From positions 173,352,001-173,416,000 of the forward strand of contig OZ024743.1 of assembly GCA_964016885.1 (NCBI GenBank): 64,000 nucleotides of DNA, in the 5' to 3' direction. The DNA comes from Eledone cirrhosa (taxonomy: Eukaryota). Shown piece by piece: positions 50,096 to 63,702 of this stretch. The notes beneath the pieces are model-generated. The model was not told where the DNA came from. It saw only the letters and a program-made list of their open reading frames with translations, and made no database searches. The position numbers and the translations under genes are program-made. Numbering within the stretch: the stretch's first letter is position 1; every line of letters begins with the position of its first letter.

Positions 50096-50987
50096 CAGGG
50101 TACGGACGATATGTGTTCGCAAGATTACTGTCTAGGAAAAAATAAGACAGTAGTTTTATTTTTAAAGATTTATTTATCAAACTTGGGTCAGTTTGTCTTC
50201 ATGACTTGTTCTTTCGATCTCACTCGATAAACCCACTATTGGCTTTGATGACGGCCTCAATGCGGCCTCGGAACCGGCTACAGGCCTTCGTCACTGTCTC
50301 CCAACTTAGGCCCCTAAAGGCACTTGTGATCCTGGCCTTCAGATCATCTTTCGTATTGCAGCTAGATCTGTTGATGTCTCGTTCCACTGCGCCCCACACA
50401 AAGAAGTCGAGGGGGTTGCAGTCAGGTGAGCTGGAAGGCCAGATGACAGGTGAAGTGTGGTCGACGAAGTTCTCTGACAGCCAGGCTTGGGTCTTTCGGC
50501 TGGTATGACAGGGCGCTGAGTCTTGCTGCCACAGGTATGGCCTACCTACAGCTGCCTGGTCGATCCAGGGCTTTACTTCCTTGCTCAGAACGCGGATGTA
50601 GCCATTGGTGTTCAGCTTGAGGCCGTCAGGGAGGAAGTGAGGTGGCATGACGTCACCTTGACTGCTGACGACACCTAAGACCAATGTTGTCGCTGGAAAC
50701 TTTGTCTGCATGACTCTGGGCACGTTTTTGGATGAGACAGCGAGCCACCTGTTGTTCTGGGTGTTGATCTTCTGGTCTTATTTGTCCTCCCGGCGCGGAT
50801 TCCAAGAAGAACTCCGTGTCTCTTCCACAAATTTGGAGGTTCAAAATTATTCATAATCAATTATTCTGAAAATAAATAATGGAAATATAGTCACTGTTTT
50901 TATGAAGACAAGAGTGACAACGGAAGTAAAGAAAATTTGCATAAAATTAGCAGTTGAAAATTGCGAACAAATATCGTCCGCACCCTG
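50096..50987 (-). mobile_element. Internally deleted Tc1/mariner element, DD37D (maT) family
   Basis: 27-bp TIRs CAGGGT(A/G)CGGACGATAT(G/T)TGTTCGCAA with TA flanks. ORF 50220-50723 has QQD-x37-D (SPDCNPLD). Confidence 0.9.
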
Positions 50988-50990
50988 TAC

Positions 50991-51021
<31 letters not shown>

Positions 51022-51239
51022 TATACATATATATATGTATGTATATATATATATATGTAAATATATATATGTATATATATATATTAGATAATGTCTAACC
51101 CATGCTAGCATGGAAGATGGACGTTAAACGCAGATGATGATATGTACATATAAATATGTATATATGTATATATACATATATATATATGTATATACATATA
51201 TATATGTATATATATATATATATATGTATATATATGTAC

Positions 51240-51286
<47 letters not shown>

Positions 51287-52522
51287 GCCTGGGCTCGCTC
51301 GTCATCGTGCCATTGTAATAGAGCCAAACAAGGCATTTAGTCTTGGCTGCTGGAACATACGGACGCTGCTTGACAGGGATTCCTTGGAGCGTCCTGAACG
51401 AAGGACCGCTCTTGTTGCAAAGGAGCTTCGACGTTACGATCTTGACATCGTGGCTTTATCTGAGACGAGGTTAGCTGGAGATGGTCATCTTACAGAATTT
51501 TGTGGAGAATATACATTCTGCTGGAAAGGAAGAGATGAAGGAACCAGAAGAGAGACTGGGGTAGGATTTGCTGTTAAGACTGTACTTGTGAATAAATTAG
51601 AAGAATTACCAGTAGGGATTAGTGAGCGTCTTATGTCCATGAGAATTCCGCTGGACAAAGGAAGATATGCGACCCTGGTGAGTGTGTATGCTCCAACTAT
51701 GAATTCTGTCGATGAAGAAAAAGTGTCCTTTTACCATGCCTTGAAAGGTGTTTTAAGAAATATCCCTCAGGCAGACAAAGTCATCGTGCTTCGTGACTTT
51801 AATGCTAGAGTGGGTAGGGATTTTAACACATGGAATGTAATCGGAAGGCATGGAGTGGGAAAGTGTAACAACAATGGTATGCTCCTGCTGCAGATGTGTG
51901 AGGATCTGGATCTGTGTCAACACCATGTTCCAACAAAAGAACAAATTCAAGACCACATGGATGCATCCTGCATCTAAGGAATGGCATCTTTTGGACTACG
52001 TCCTAGTCAGGATGCGGGACAGACAGGATGTGCAGTGTGTTCGTGCTCTTCGTGGAGCTGAGTGCTGGAAGGACCACCGCCTGGTACGTGCAAAAGTGAA
52101 ACTAATCACTAAACGTAAAATCTGGGCTCCTGGTGTTGCCCTGCCCAAAAGATTGAATGCTGCTCGTCTTAAGGATAAAAATGTGAAGAGGACATTGGAA
52201 GAAGTGATGCAGGTTGCAGATCTTGGTGAGGATTGGCTGACCCTTAAAAAGTCAGTTTATGATGTAGGCAGGCGTGTTCTGGGATTGGTGCAGAGAAAAC
52301 ATCAGGACTGGTTTAATGAGAATGATGTACATATAGAAGACTTGTTGGCTGATAAGAGGCGTGCTCTGTCATGCTACTTGGCGGCAAAACCACAGGAGAG
52401 GAATACGTTGCATGAGGAACTCAAGGATGTAAAATCACGTGTTAGGCGGAGTCTTTCTCAGATGAAGGATCAGTGGTGGAGTGAGAAGGCTGTTGAGATA
52501 CAAACTGCGTCAGATTCCAATA
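51287..52522 (+). mobile_element. RTE LINE (BovB/RTE-1-like) endonuclease region, 3'-truncated
   Basis: [51 protein letters not shown]. Confidence 0.88.
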
Positions 52523-52534
52523 ACATTCTTTCCT

Positions 52535-52971
52535 TATTTTAATTTATATTCCTTTTGAAGTTCCGATGAGCTGCTCTATCTTTACCTATGTTAATTATTT
52601 TCAACTGAACCAAATCAATAATGATATATAATCATTTGATCCAGAAATATTATATGGAGTAGCGAAACAATTGTAAACAGACATTATTATTATTAATATT
52701 ATTATTATTATTCTCTACATTACTTACATCAAACTAAAATATGTTGACAATCTTTTAATAATGTCTTCCTTGTGAAATTTGTGGTCTTGTTTTGCTTAAC
52801 TAATGAATATTTCCAGCTCTGTGCACCTAACCTCTGCATGAACCCAGCCACCTAGCTGCTTTCCACTGCATATTGCCATTGAACACACGCCTTTACGCTT
52901 TGGCTTCTAACTAATTCACCAATCTCTCCTCTCCTATCTCCATCTCTCTCTTTAAGATTGGGTTACTCTTG

Positions 52972-52975
<4 letters not shown>
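52535..52975 (+). mobile_element. Family B repeat with hammerhead-like motif (52560-52678)
   Basis: Homologous to 33931-34380. gtt-CCGATGA-gctgctct..ggagtagc-GAAAC-aatt-GTA-aac, with an 8-bp stem II base. Confidence 0.75.
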
Positions 52976-53009
<34 letters not shown>

Positions 53010-53429
53010 GATGGCGATGAATTTGTTTTGCAAGGTTTTTTTGTATGAAATTGTGTGTCGAAACAAAATATTGTTATACTTGGGGAGGGTCATGTTGTTA
53101 TAATATTGCCACTCACTGTTTGGTTTGGGTTGGTTTTCACTTCTGTATCTTTTATATCTCCATAGTTAATTTATTTGGCAATCAATGTTTATCATTGATT
53201 GACTAGCGGTTAAAAATACAGATATAAATATATATGTAGGCAACACGGTAAAAACCTCCCAGACCCACACTGTAAATGTGGTTGGTGTTAGGAAGGGCAT
53301 CCAACTGTAGAAAACCTGCCAGACAGTCCTATGCGAGCAAGACAATCACTCTTGCCTCAAGTGGGAAAACCCCCGTCCAAACCCATGCAAGCGTGGAACA
53401 CGGACGTTAAACGCTGATGATGATATATA

Positions 53430-54660
53430 GTCTATCAAAGTTCTTTTGTTGCACATCTGCAACATCACCAGTGGGACTGTTATGTTTCTTCCTATTGTAT
53501 TGTAATATCTATACCATTTTTACTTTATTTATTTCTTCTTGTCTCTGTCTCTGCGCATGCATTTGCGTGTGTGTGTGTGTTCGCGTTTGAGTGTATGTGT
53601 TTTTGTTTTTGTATTCTATCTTTGTTCACTAGTGTGTGTTTATATGTGTTTGTTGTTATTGTACTTGTGTATATATTTATTTATTTTTTTATCTATTTAT
53701 TTATATTTCCTTTAAGTCAGTATTGTTTGTTTGGGTATGGTTGTTGTTATTCCATTCGTTTTTTTATGTTCAACTTCAGTTTTCTTAGTCCTATCACAGT
53801 TGCTTCTCTGATTTTCCTACCTGTTGAGTCATTTCTATGCTTAGATATTATTTTAATTTCTATGTTGTCTATGTTACCGTCATGTCTTTGTCTGGCGTAT
53901 TCATATAGTACTGAACCGGTTTTTTTTTTTTTGTCCTTTTAGTTCCCCCCCAGTGTTGGTTTATTCTTTCTCCTATGATTCGAGCTGTCTTGCCTATGCA
54001 TGTTGTTGTCATGTTTCTGCAAGAACCCTCTGTACATCTCGTGCTATAGACTACATTTCTTATTTGTACAGTGGGTTTTCTTAAAGGGGTATGTCTTGCT
54101 GATCAGGGATTTTATGGTAGTTCCTGACTTTTCTGCCACTTTAATCTTTAAATGGGTCTTTCTTAGGGCCTTTCTACATTGGTTAGCTAATTTCCCTCCA
54201 GGGGTAACATCCACGAACATGACACTCTCGTATCTCTGGTTGTCATACCAGGAAGTGGCTTTCCCTATCTTATGTTTAGTCCTATCTAAGCTATTCCATG
54301 ATTTGCTCCTGTATAATGGGCAAATTCCTTTCATGTCCATTTCTATGAGGGTCTTATATTTCTCTGTGGCTTCTTTGTATACTCTGATTCTGTCTCTTTG
54401 GTTGTAGCCAGAGAACTACATGCGATTGATGAAGTGTTGGATGTGTATTTCCATTTCAGTTGGGTTGCACATGCGGACACGTTCTTCATCACTCTCACCA
54501 AGTCTGCGATAAGAATATTAAACTTAGCACTATTGGACATTGCTGAGTTTTTGAGTATTAGGTATTTGGAGGCCATGAGTTTAGCATGGTGTGAGTGGAG
54601 AATTTGGGCCCTCTCATCTATAGTGTTTATCCAGAGTTCCATGTCTAATACTGGTATTTT
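53430..54660 (-). mobile_element. Degraded PLE related to family A (thumb, GIY-YIG, pLTR)
   Basis: IPVLDMELW, ASKYLI, NILIADLVRVM, CPLYRSKSW and SVMFVDVTPGGKLA are homologous to 2400-3079. Confidence 0.8.
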
Positions 54661-55134
54661 ATGAAAGTAACAACATAGTTTGGCACATATTACATAATAT
54701 TTGACCAATGAAATATGATTGCTGTATTTTAACTGAAGTAGGAATTATAGCAGAATATTCATTGCCACCTGTTCAAAGCAAATTATGTAGATAAAATTAT
54801 TAGTTTTGTCCAGTGGTAGTTTTTGGAATATTGCTCCCTATTACAGTCAACATATTTAATGCTTCACACCTAGATAAATCATTAGGAATGTTGTCAGTGA
54901 AAAGGACTTTATAAAAAAATACATTTGGATTTTTTATCGATCTTCTTTTTGCACAATCAGAACCTCTTAAATTCAAATATGTGAAGGCTATTTTGAAAAC
55001 CATAAATAAAATAAAATAAAAAATACAGTTAGCATTGGTTTTTACACTGTAGCTTTCACCCACCTTTACCTCTAAGGCAGGGAGATTTGTTTTCTATTTC
55101 TATTAGATCTGCCAACACTTATAGTAGCTCCCAT

Positions 55135-56040
55135 GACACACCTACTGAGGTAATATTACACCCGATTAAGAAAAATATGGTCACCTGAAATCTCTGCACA
55201 CAATAAAACAGTGGCTCATAATGTGTTTGCTGTGCCTGTCCTTACACCAACGTTTGGAATACTCGATTGGATGATAAACGAAATCTGAGCAATTGATGTT
55301 TAAACACGAAAAATCTTTAGCAACACTGGAAACTTCCACCTCGACTTGAAACATAAGCAGGGAGGCAAAGGTCTAGCATCAGTTCAGACAGCATTTGAAT
55401 GTCGCATCATATCCCTCCGACAACATCTACAAACCGCCAAGCATATGAACTCATCTATTCAGCAAGTCTGTCTGCATGAGACAGATCAGATCATGAGAGT
55501 TGGGAAGGAACTCCTTGAAAGATACTCTCTACATGATAATCAAAAACTCACACCCAGGGAAATTGCCCACCAGTATTGCTGTGAATCCATGGATGAAAAA
55601 CTGCATGCATATCAGCACAAAATCATGCATGGATATGTTGCAAAGAGGCTTCAACATGAGAGTAATATAGATAAGCACAGTAGTCTATCTTGGACCAACA
55701 ACTGCTATATTGGCTCCCACTTTGAAGAATATGCTTTTGCAATCCAAGAACAAGAAATCAACACAAAATACCTGATTCACAAAAGAAATAGGGATGCAGG
55801 CAAAACACCTAGATGTGACAACAAGTGCAGACTCTGCAGAATTAACATATCGAAGATGTCATCCATGTCATAAGCAACTGTCCAAAAATGTCATCACGGT
55901 ACTATCTAGCTATGAAGCATGATGTAGTGGCTAAAACACTGTACAATGCAATCCGTAGAAAGGATAGCCCCAACATTAACCATATAAAGTTATAGTAATG
56001 TGGAATACATACACATACATAATACGAAAGAGTACTGATG
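55135..56040 (+). mobile_element. R4/Dong-type (restriction-like endonuclease) non-LTR retrotransposon fragment
   Basis: AVPVLTPTFGILDW, GGKGLASV, AIQEQEINTK, KCRLC..HVISNCP and HDVVAK (CCHC knuckle followed by an RHD-like motif). Confidence 0.75.
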
Positions 56041-56079
56041 GGTAGAGAGGGCCCCTGAGTCCAGTAAGACAACCTCTCT

Positions 56080-58254
56080 AGTGCTGGTGGCACGAATAAA
56101 GCACCCAGTCCATGCTGTAAAGTGGTGCTGGTGTTAGGAAGGGCATCCAGCCAGTATATATACTACTGCCAAAAACTATGAGCACAACAATTGAGAGTTG
56201 CAACAACTGCATAAACAGCAATAACACTAACCATGTTAGGGCTACGCACGGTAGTGGGGTGGCTGGTGAGGCCATGTGTGAGAACCCCACGACCATCATC
56301 AAGCAATCGCACAACAGGAAAAAGAACAAGAATATGAAGACGTCGCATCTCAGAGTTGCCACACTTAATGTTGGCACTCTAACAGGTAGATCTGGTGAGA
56401 TAGCGGAGATGCTGGAGAGAAGGCATGTGGAGGTGTGCTGTGTGCTGTGTGAGGTGTGCTGTGTGAGATGGAGAGGTGCCTCTGCAAGACTAATCGCAGG
56501 CAAACATCTTAGTTACAAGCTTTTCTGGGTGGGTAATGATAATGATGGGTTAGTTGGGGTAGGCATTTTACTGGCTGAGAGATGGATCAATAAGACAATA
56601 GAGGTAGTTAGAGTTAGTAATAAAATAATTAAGCTTAGATTAGTTGTAGGCAAGAGACTACTGACAATCATCTCTGCCTATGCTCCCCAAGCAAGCCTAG
56701 GCAAAGAAGAGAAAGACAGCTTTTATGAGCAATTTTTACAGACAGCTTCAATGACAGAGGATGGAGACATTGTTATGTTAGCAGGGGACTTCAATGGTCA
56801 TGTAGGACAGCTCCAAGATGGTTACACTGGGGTATATGGTGGGCACGATAACGGCTCAAGAAATGAAAGACTGAGGCTTCCAGAAACTAACTTCCAGAAA
56901 TCTGCCAACCACCTAAATAACCTACAAATCAGGTGAGCACATAGGCCAGATTGACTTCTTACGAGTTAGGCAGCGGGACAGGCTACCCCAGGGAAGAAGG
57001 TTAGTCGTTAGTGATATCTCAGTAAGCAAGAGACAGAATGAGACACACAGGAAGGTGTGGAAAAGAAAGGTCTGGAACCTAAAGACCTTTCACTAAAATA
57101 GAAAATTTAGGAAAGCCCTTCAAGATGTGTATAATGAAAAAGAAGACGATTTAGAGTTGTGTGACATAGATAATAACTGGAATTTCTTACGTGACAACTT
57201 ACTGCAGGCTACTGAAGAAACTTGTGGCTGGAGCAGAGCTCCAACCAGACAGAGAGTGACCTGGTGGTGGAACAGCATGGCAGATAGGGCCATTAAAGAC
57301 AAAAGACTATCATGGAATGCTTGGAAAAATGGTGGGAGTAGAGAAGGATACACAGCCACTAAGAGAGAAGCTAGAGGTTAGGTGTACTTAGTACGCAGGG
57401 AAGCTGACAGTAGGAGGTTTGCCAATGTTCTACGACGGGAAGATCAGAGACATGCAGTGTTCTGCATTGCAAGGCAAATCAGGATGTTGTTGGAGATAAA
57501 TGTGTCTGGAATGATGCCGGTGTACTTAGTGTCACGAATGATCAGAAAAAGGAAGCCTGGAAATGTCATTATGAGAGACTGATGAATGTGGAGAACGAAT
57601 GGGGGAGAGAGAAATTACCCCCAGTAGATCCGACAGAGGGACCAGCTTTTGAGATTGATGAATATAGGGTCCAAGAGGCGATTAAGGAAATGAAAAATGG
57701 TAAAGTCACTGGACCGTTGGGGATAGATGCTGAGATGCTGAAGGCATCAGGGAACGTAGGCACTAAACTGGTTGCACGCATCATCAATCAGGCTATATAT
57801 GGTGGTGTCATACCCAAAGACTGGTGCAGCAGTATTCTCATAAATTGCTACAAAGGTAAAGGGGATGCTCTGGAGAGGAGCAATTAAAGGGACATAAAAC
57901 TGATGGATCAGGTTATGAAAGTGGCAGAAAGGATATTAGTGCAACTAATTAGAGAAAGAGTCAAACTAGATGAGATGCAGTTTGGTTTTGTGCCTGGGAA
58001 AAGTGCAACAGATGCCTTCTTCTTAGTGAGACAACTACAAGAGAGGTTCTTAGAGAAGAATAAGCCACTATACTTAGCTTTTGTTGACCTACAGAAGGCC
58101 TTTGATAGGGTACCCCAATCTGTCATCTGGTGTTGAGGAATGGCTTGTGAGGACAGTGCAAGCTTTGTACAAAGGTGCTGTCTGTAAAATGAGGGTAGGA
58201 ATGGATTTTAGTGAGGAATTCAAGTAGGAGTACATCAGGGTTCAGTCCTCAGCC
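56080..58254 (+). mobile_element. 3'-truncated, degraded RTE LINE (further subfamily) including its 5' UTR
   Basis: ORFs from 56178 (VATLNVGT, SAYAPQ, GDFNGH) to 58136 (FVDLQKAFD); ends at GVHQGSVLS. Confidence 0.85.
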
Positions 58255-58960
58255 TGTAAATATGCCCAATAGCATCACTTTCCTTGACTTCATGACCTTC
58301 CACTAAATGACGCTGCCTCTTTTGATTCCAGGTCTTACAATTGGTCCAGGTGTAGTATGTTGGGACGTCAACATATAGGAGGGATCAAACAAATTCATCA
58401 TTCTGGCAGATTTTAAAAAAAGCTGTTAGAGAAGTATTAGGTGGTGCTTGTGCCAATTGATGAGCAGTGGTCTCAGTGAAGTATACTCTCTGTCCATTTT
58501 CTAGATGGACTGCGAAGTTGACCACTGTTGGATGGTGTTGGTGGATGTCAAATCCAAAGATCTGTCAGATAGCTTCATTGCTGGAAATGTATCAACCTGT
58601 CTGATACTGTTTGACCTCATCCAGCCCACCATCATTGAGTTCCTTGTCAGCAACAAAGGCAGCCATGTCACTGCCCTTGTTGATATATTTTGTGACATAT
58701 AGCATTGCTTTGACAGAGCTGCACTACTCAACATTGATATGAGCTTTTACAAGTTTACACAACATTTTGTTTTGTGTCACTACCCCGTACCTATCAATTG
58801 TCTATGGTCAGCTCCTCTCCTCAAATTGTTAGGTTTGCTGTATTGCCTCCATGATTTGGTCTACGCCTACAATAAATGGGTGTATCCATCATTGTCCGAG
58901 TTTATTGAATAAAAGCTCTAGGATAATATTTGCTGCATTGATGATTGCATCTGCTTAGGT
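58255..58960 (-). mobile_element. Helitron Rep-helicase coding remnant (partial second copy at 60215-60345)
   Basis: The minus strand translates HINVE*CSSVKAMLYVTKYINKGSDMA, YISSNEA and IHQHHPTVVNFAVHLENGQRVYFTE, which are characteristic RepHel motifs. Confidence 0.8.
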
Positions 58961-60031
58961 TAACTTTAGAGAGAGAAAGGAAAAGTTAAAGAATGCACAG
59001 ACAAACATATCTATAATATAATGTTTGGAGAACTGCAAGACTGTTTTAGCTTTTTTTTTATCACATTATTAAAATAAGTTGAATTAATTTGAATAAATCA
59101 TGAATGAATATTATGTAATTCATCTACTAAATTTCTTAGCTCTTGATTAAACATAAATAATCTTATATACAATGTATTGCTTATTTCAAGATTCATTTCT
59201 GTTAAAGCTTTTAAATGTGAACTTTCGTTATCATTGATACCATAACATTTCACTGTAATACCATTTAATGTGTGTGTGTGTACACACACATACATTTTCA
59301 CAAACACACTCATACACATACTCACACACAGCATGATAGCAGTGTTCGATAAATTGGGAATGGGAAGGTAAAAAACTGAAGTATAACTTTTATTATTTAT
59401 TCTTTACACATTTCTTAACTCTCCCATTTCTTAACGTTACTTCTCTCTTTCTCTGCCTCTTTCACAAAAGTTGTAATGGGACAGTGTGTGTGTGTGTGTG
59501 TGCACATATGTGTATGTGTGCGCGCATGTGTGAGTGTATTGGCGTTCTTAAATTAGAGGCATATGTGTGTATGTGTCACCATTCTTAAGATAGAGCAGAG
59601 GTTCTCGAAATTTTGGGGTCACTGCCCCCCTCATTGCCACGTAATACCCTCAGCGCCCCATCCCTATTTCCAGAGAGAACTGTCTACACACAAACTGTAA
59701 ATGATATAATATATACTATGTGTAAATAAATATTATATATTATTTTTATTTTACTATATTTATATATAATATGTAACATTTGATATTTAATATGTGATTA
59801 TATCATCTCTACTGTCCCTCCCCCCTTGACCTTTTTCAATGTCCCCTGGGGGTTAGAGTTAGAGACATATCACTGCCAACTACAACCACCACCACCAAAT
59901 ACAACATCACTACCACCATCACCATCACCACCACTTCAACTACTATATATATATAGACAGAGCAAGAAAGAAAAAGAGAGAGATTGTGTGTGTGAAGGTA
60001 GAGATACAGATAGATAGAGTGACTGTGTGAC

Positions 60032-60081
<50 letters not shown>

Positions 60082-61899
60082 TATAAAGCTGACGGCCGTA
60101 TGTAGGTAACAAACTTTCCGCCAAACGGCTGGACCAAACAGGCGGTTCTTCTGCTAGTATATATAAAAATGCCTCTAACTTGAGAATGCCAACACATAGA
60201 CACAACAAACCACCTTCATTGAGTTCTTTGTCAGTAACAAAGGTAGCCATGTCACTGCCCTTGTTGATATATTTTGTGACATATAGTATTGCTTTGACAG
60301 AGCTGCAATACTCAACATTGTATATGAGCTTTTAGAATTTTACATATTTTGTATGTGGGTCAGCTCTAAGTCAAATAACATTGGAAAAATAATGCACAAA
60401 TTTATCTGACAATATGATTTTTCCAGGTATTGTTATATTTGGGGACGGTCATGTCCTAATATTGCTAAAATAATAATTTAGCTGGCAATCAATGTTTATC
60501 ATTGATTGATCAACAGTTAAAATTATAAATATAATTTCTCAAAGTTCTTTTGTCACACATTTTTTCAGTGATTTCCTCCTGCTGTGTTTTTTTTTATTTT
60601 TATATAAGGGATAGGAGGGTTGTAGGTCCAGGGTAGTGGGTGGGAGGATGGCATGGGTGTGGCAGTGAGTATGTGGGTGGGTTGAAGGGGAGAAGGTGGA
60701 GAGGGTAGAGGGGGATGCAAAAATACTCAGAGTCTAGGAAGAGACGGTGGAGGGTAAAGTGTGTGTGTGTGTGTAGATGTAAGTATGTGTGTCTGAAAAG
60801 AAGCGAGTGTGTCTGAACGTTTGTTAAATAGTAACTAGAGACACGTGAGTGGTATGTATATGGGTGCGGGTTAGTGTATTGGTGTGTGGAAATGGTGTAC
60901 ATGTCTGTGTGTGTGTATGTTCCTGTATGGGTGTATGTGTGTGGATGGTCAGGGTCTGGGCATCGATGGATAGGATAACGTGGTCAAATCCAAGGTTGAT
61001 GGCGAAGAATATGGAAAAAGGAAGTGAAATAGAAGGGTGGCGCACGCAACCGGAAGGAGTGGTCAGTCAAAGCAGAAAGGGTGGGAGGTGGAAGTAGAGA
61101 AAACAGGACAAGTGTGTGAGAGGTGATTGTGGTTTCTATATCTGTGTGTGAGGAAGCGTATGTGTGGAGGAGTCAGCGGTTGTGTGTACAGGCAGGTGTG
61201 TATATAACAGTATGTGTTTGTCTGTGTGTATGTAACCCAGTGGTTTTATGTGTAGATATTGTCGATGTGTGTAGGACAGACCCTCTCTCTTTTTGTTTAG
61301 ATATATACATACGTGTATGGACAGGGTCTGTGTGTTTCAGGGAATAAGTGCGTGTATATTTTTGTGTAGTTTTCGGATGAAATGAGCCTAAACAAGTGTG
61401 TGGTAGGAGATGTGGATGGGAGGAATTAGAGGGTATTAAGTGGGGTGAAGGAGGGGGTGAATTTGGCAGGGTAATTGTGTTAGTGGGGTGGCAAAGTGTT
61501 GTTGAGGTTAGTGGCGTTAGTAGGGGTCGAAGGGAGAGGTGGGAGATACAAAGGTGGGAGATACAAAGGTGTGAGTGGGTGGTGAGATGGGAGGAAGTCA
61601 GTCAGTGGGTAGACGGTGAGGGCAGGGTGTGTGGGGGGGTGATAGGTGTAGGGTGGGAGAGTGGGTTGTGGAGGGTTGAGAGAAGAGGTGGTGGGGTGGG
61701 ATGGTTAGTGAAGTTAGTAATAGGTGGGGGTGGGGTGGTCAGTTAATAGATTAGTGCTCTCTGTCGGGAGGTGGGGTGGCTAAAGGAAGATGTGTGGGAA
61801 GTTCAAACCAGTAGTGGTCCCAGACTGAAGCCGGAAAATGGCATGTTGCTCAACCCTCAGTCGTGAATCCAGGGTTCTGTAAATATATATATATATATG

Positions 61900-62256
61900 T
61901 CATCATCATCATTTCATTTCATTTCATTTCATGTCCGCTTTTTCCTTGCTTGCAAGGGTGGGACGGGAACTGATTCTCGCTTGATTTCTACAGCTGGATG
62001 CCCTTCCTAACACCAACCTCATTTACAGTGAGTGCTGGGTGCTTTTTTTTTTTTGCCGTGGCACCTCCACGACCACTTTGTAGTAGAATGATATGGACCC
62101 CAGTCCCTATCATCTCATTTCTACAGCTGAGTAAACTGGAGCAATGTGAAATAAAGTGTCTTGCTCAAGGAAACAACACATCACCCGGTCTGAGAATTGA
62201 ACTCACAACCTTTCGATTGCAAGGCCAATGCTCTAACCACTAAGCCATGTGCCTCC
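61900..62256 (-). mobile_element. tRNA-headed SINE with RTE-derived tail
   Basis: Near-identical reverse complement of 30551-30886. Confidence 0.88.
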
Positions 62257-62806
62257 ATATATATATTTAAATTTGGTGGTTTACCAGTGGTTAGAATTGG
62301 TCATTCTGCAATGTTAACCATGACATACTAGTTGTCAATTTCTGTTACTCAAGTTTAAGAATCTGAGTAACATCGACCAAGGAGTGTCTCAGCATACAAT
62401 TGTTTCCAACTCAACATATAGGTAACTGCTTCAAGTTGTTCTTAGGGGGATCTTTAGAAAGTTCTGCAATCGATAATCCATGGAGTAATTACAATTAGAT
62501 AATCAGTTTCACAAATACACTATTCATGTTTCATCAATATGTGAAGGTATATATATGTGCAAAAGGTTCAGTAAGTCCAAAGAAAACTGGTGGGAGTACC
62601 AATGTAAGCACTCGATGCAGAGCAGAGTGTATATAATAACAGGCCTAGAATCGAACAGATGCACGTATCCCGAACATTACAAGAAAATAATCATTATAAA
62701 CACAAACAAAGGCAAAAATAAAATATTCTAGGCCATGATTGGTCATTCTATAGGCTTGTTTGTGTCTGGCTTGTTTGTCTTCAGATTTGATGTGATTTTT
62801 GTTGTG

Positions 62807-62907
62807 TTAACACTGGTCTGAGGATCAGTCAGACTTGGAGTCTGGTCTGGGATGATGACCCCCAGATCATGACCCGGCTGCCTGGGAAACATTTGTAACT
62901 GGGTTAA
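62807..62907 (+). ncRNA. Type-I hammerhead ribozyme with long stem II, GUA site
   Basis: ttaac-a-ctggt-CTGAGGA-tcag t cag..ctg c ctgg-GAAAC-attt-GTA-actgg-gttaa. Confidence 0.7.
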
Positions 62908-62959
62908 GCAAGAAATCTCATATGTAACACCTCTACTTTGTTCTTATTATATTTATATA

Positions 62960-63355
62960 AGGCGGTGGATTGGCAGTATCGGTAGAGGGTCGGACACTAG
63001 GCTTTGACGTATAGAGTTACGCCCCTTGCCATTCTGAGTTCAAATCCGGCCGAGGTTAACTTTGCCTTTCATCCTTACAGGGTTGATAAAATAAAGTACC
63101 AGTAATGTACTGGGTAATTGCTGGCCTTGTGCCTAAAATAGAAACAATTATATTTATATATATAGGGGCGGTGGATTGGCAGTATCAGACGAAGGTCTGA
63201 CGCCATGCTTTGCAGCAAAGAGTTATGGCCCTTTATGGTCTGAGTTCAAATCCCGCCAAGGTTAACTTTGCCTTTCTTCCTTAAGGGGTCGATAAAATAA
63301 AGTACCAGTAATACACTGGGATAATTGCTAGCCTTGTGCCAAAAGTAGAAACAAT
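62960..63355 (+). mobile_element. Two tandem tRNA-derived SINEs (family of 33741)
   Basis: Copies at about 62960-63147 and 63165-63357. Confidence 0.8.
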
Positions 63356-63641
63356 TATATTTATATATATATATAGAGAGAGAGATAGTAATAATAATAA
63401 ATGTGAAGACTAAAATCCAAAGAGGGCTCGATAAGGATAAATATATATCAAATATATAAGAACCCTAGAGCAAATATGTATGTATATATATATATAACCA
63501 AAGATTAATATGGTTCATTGATTACTCAATGAATACAGTTTTAAAATAGATTAAAAGCACTCAACAGTGAAATATTCCTGGAGTTTTAATATTATTCAAA
63601 ATATTAACAAATGAAGATATTCACATAATCAAAATATATGC

Positions 63642-63702
63642 TTTATTATATATATTTCGAAGGTTTGTGTTGTTTTTTTCCAGTACGTCCTCGTCAGATA
63701 AA
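63642..63702 (-). ncRNA. Hammerhead-like motif, AUA site, weak stem II
   Basis: Minus strand: tttat-CTGACGA-gga..ttc-GAAA-tatat-ATA-ataaa; same stem I and core as 21957 and 37888. Confidence 0.55.

Noticed and set aside
54660-55080. Possible coding remnant or host exon on the minus strand
   Set aside because: It contains stops and has no recognisable motif or splice pattern; left unassigned.
59596-59875. hAT-like MITE (cagaggttctc.. start)
   Set aside because: No matching right TIR or 8-bp TSD could be identified.
60600-61800. G/T-rich region with short ORFs, considered as the last GIPC exon
   Set aside because: Low-complexity sequence; no FxFPDEFxFDVWG-like motif was found.
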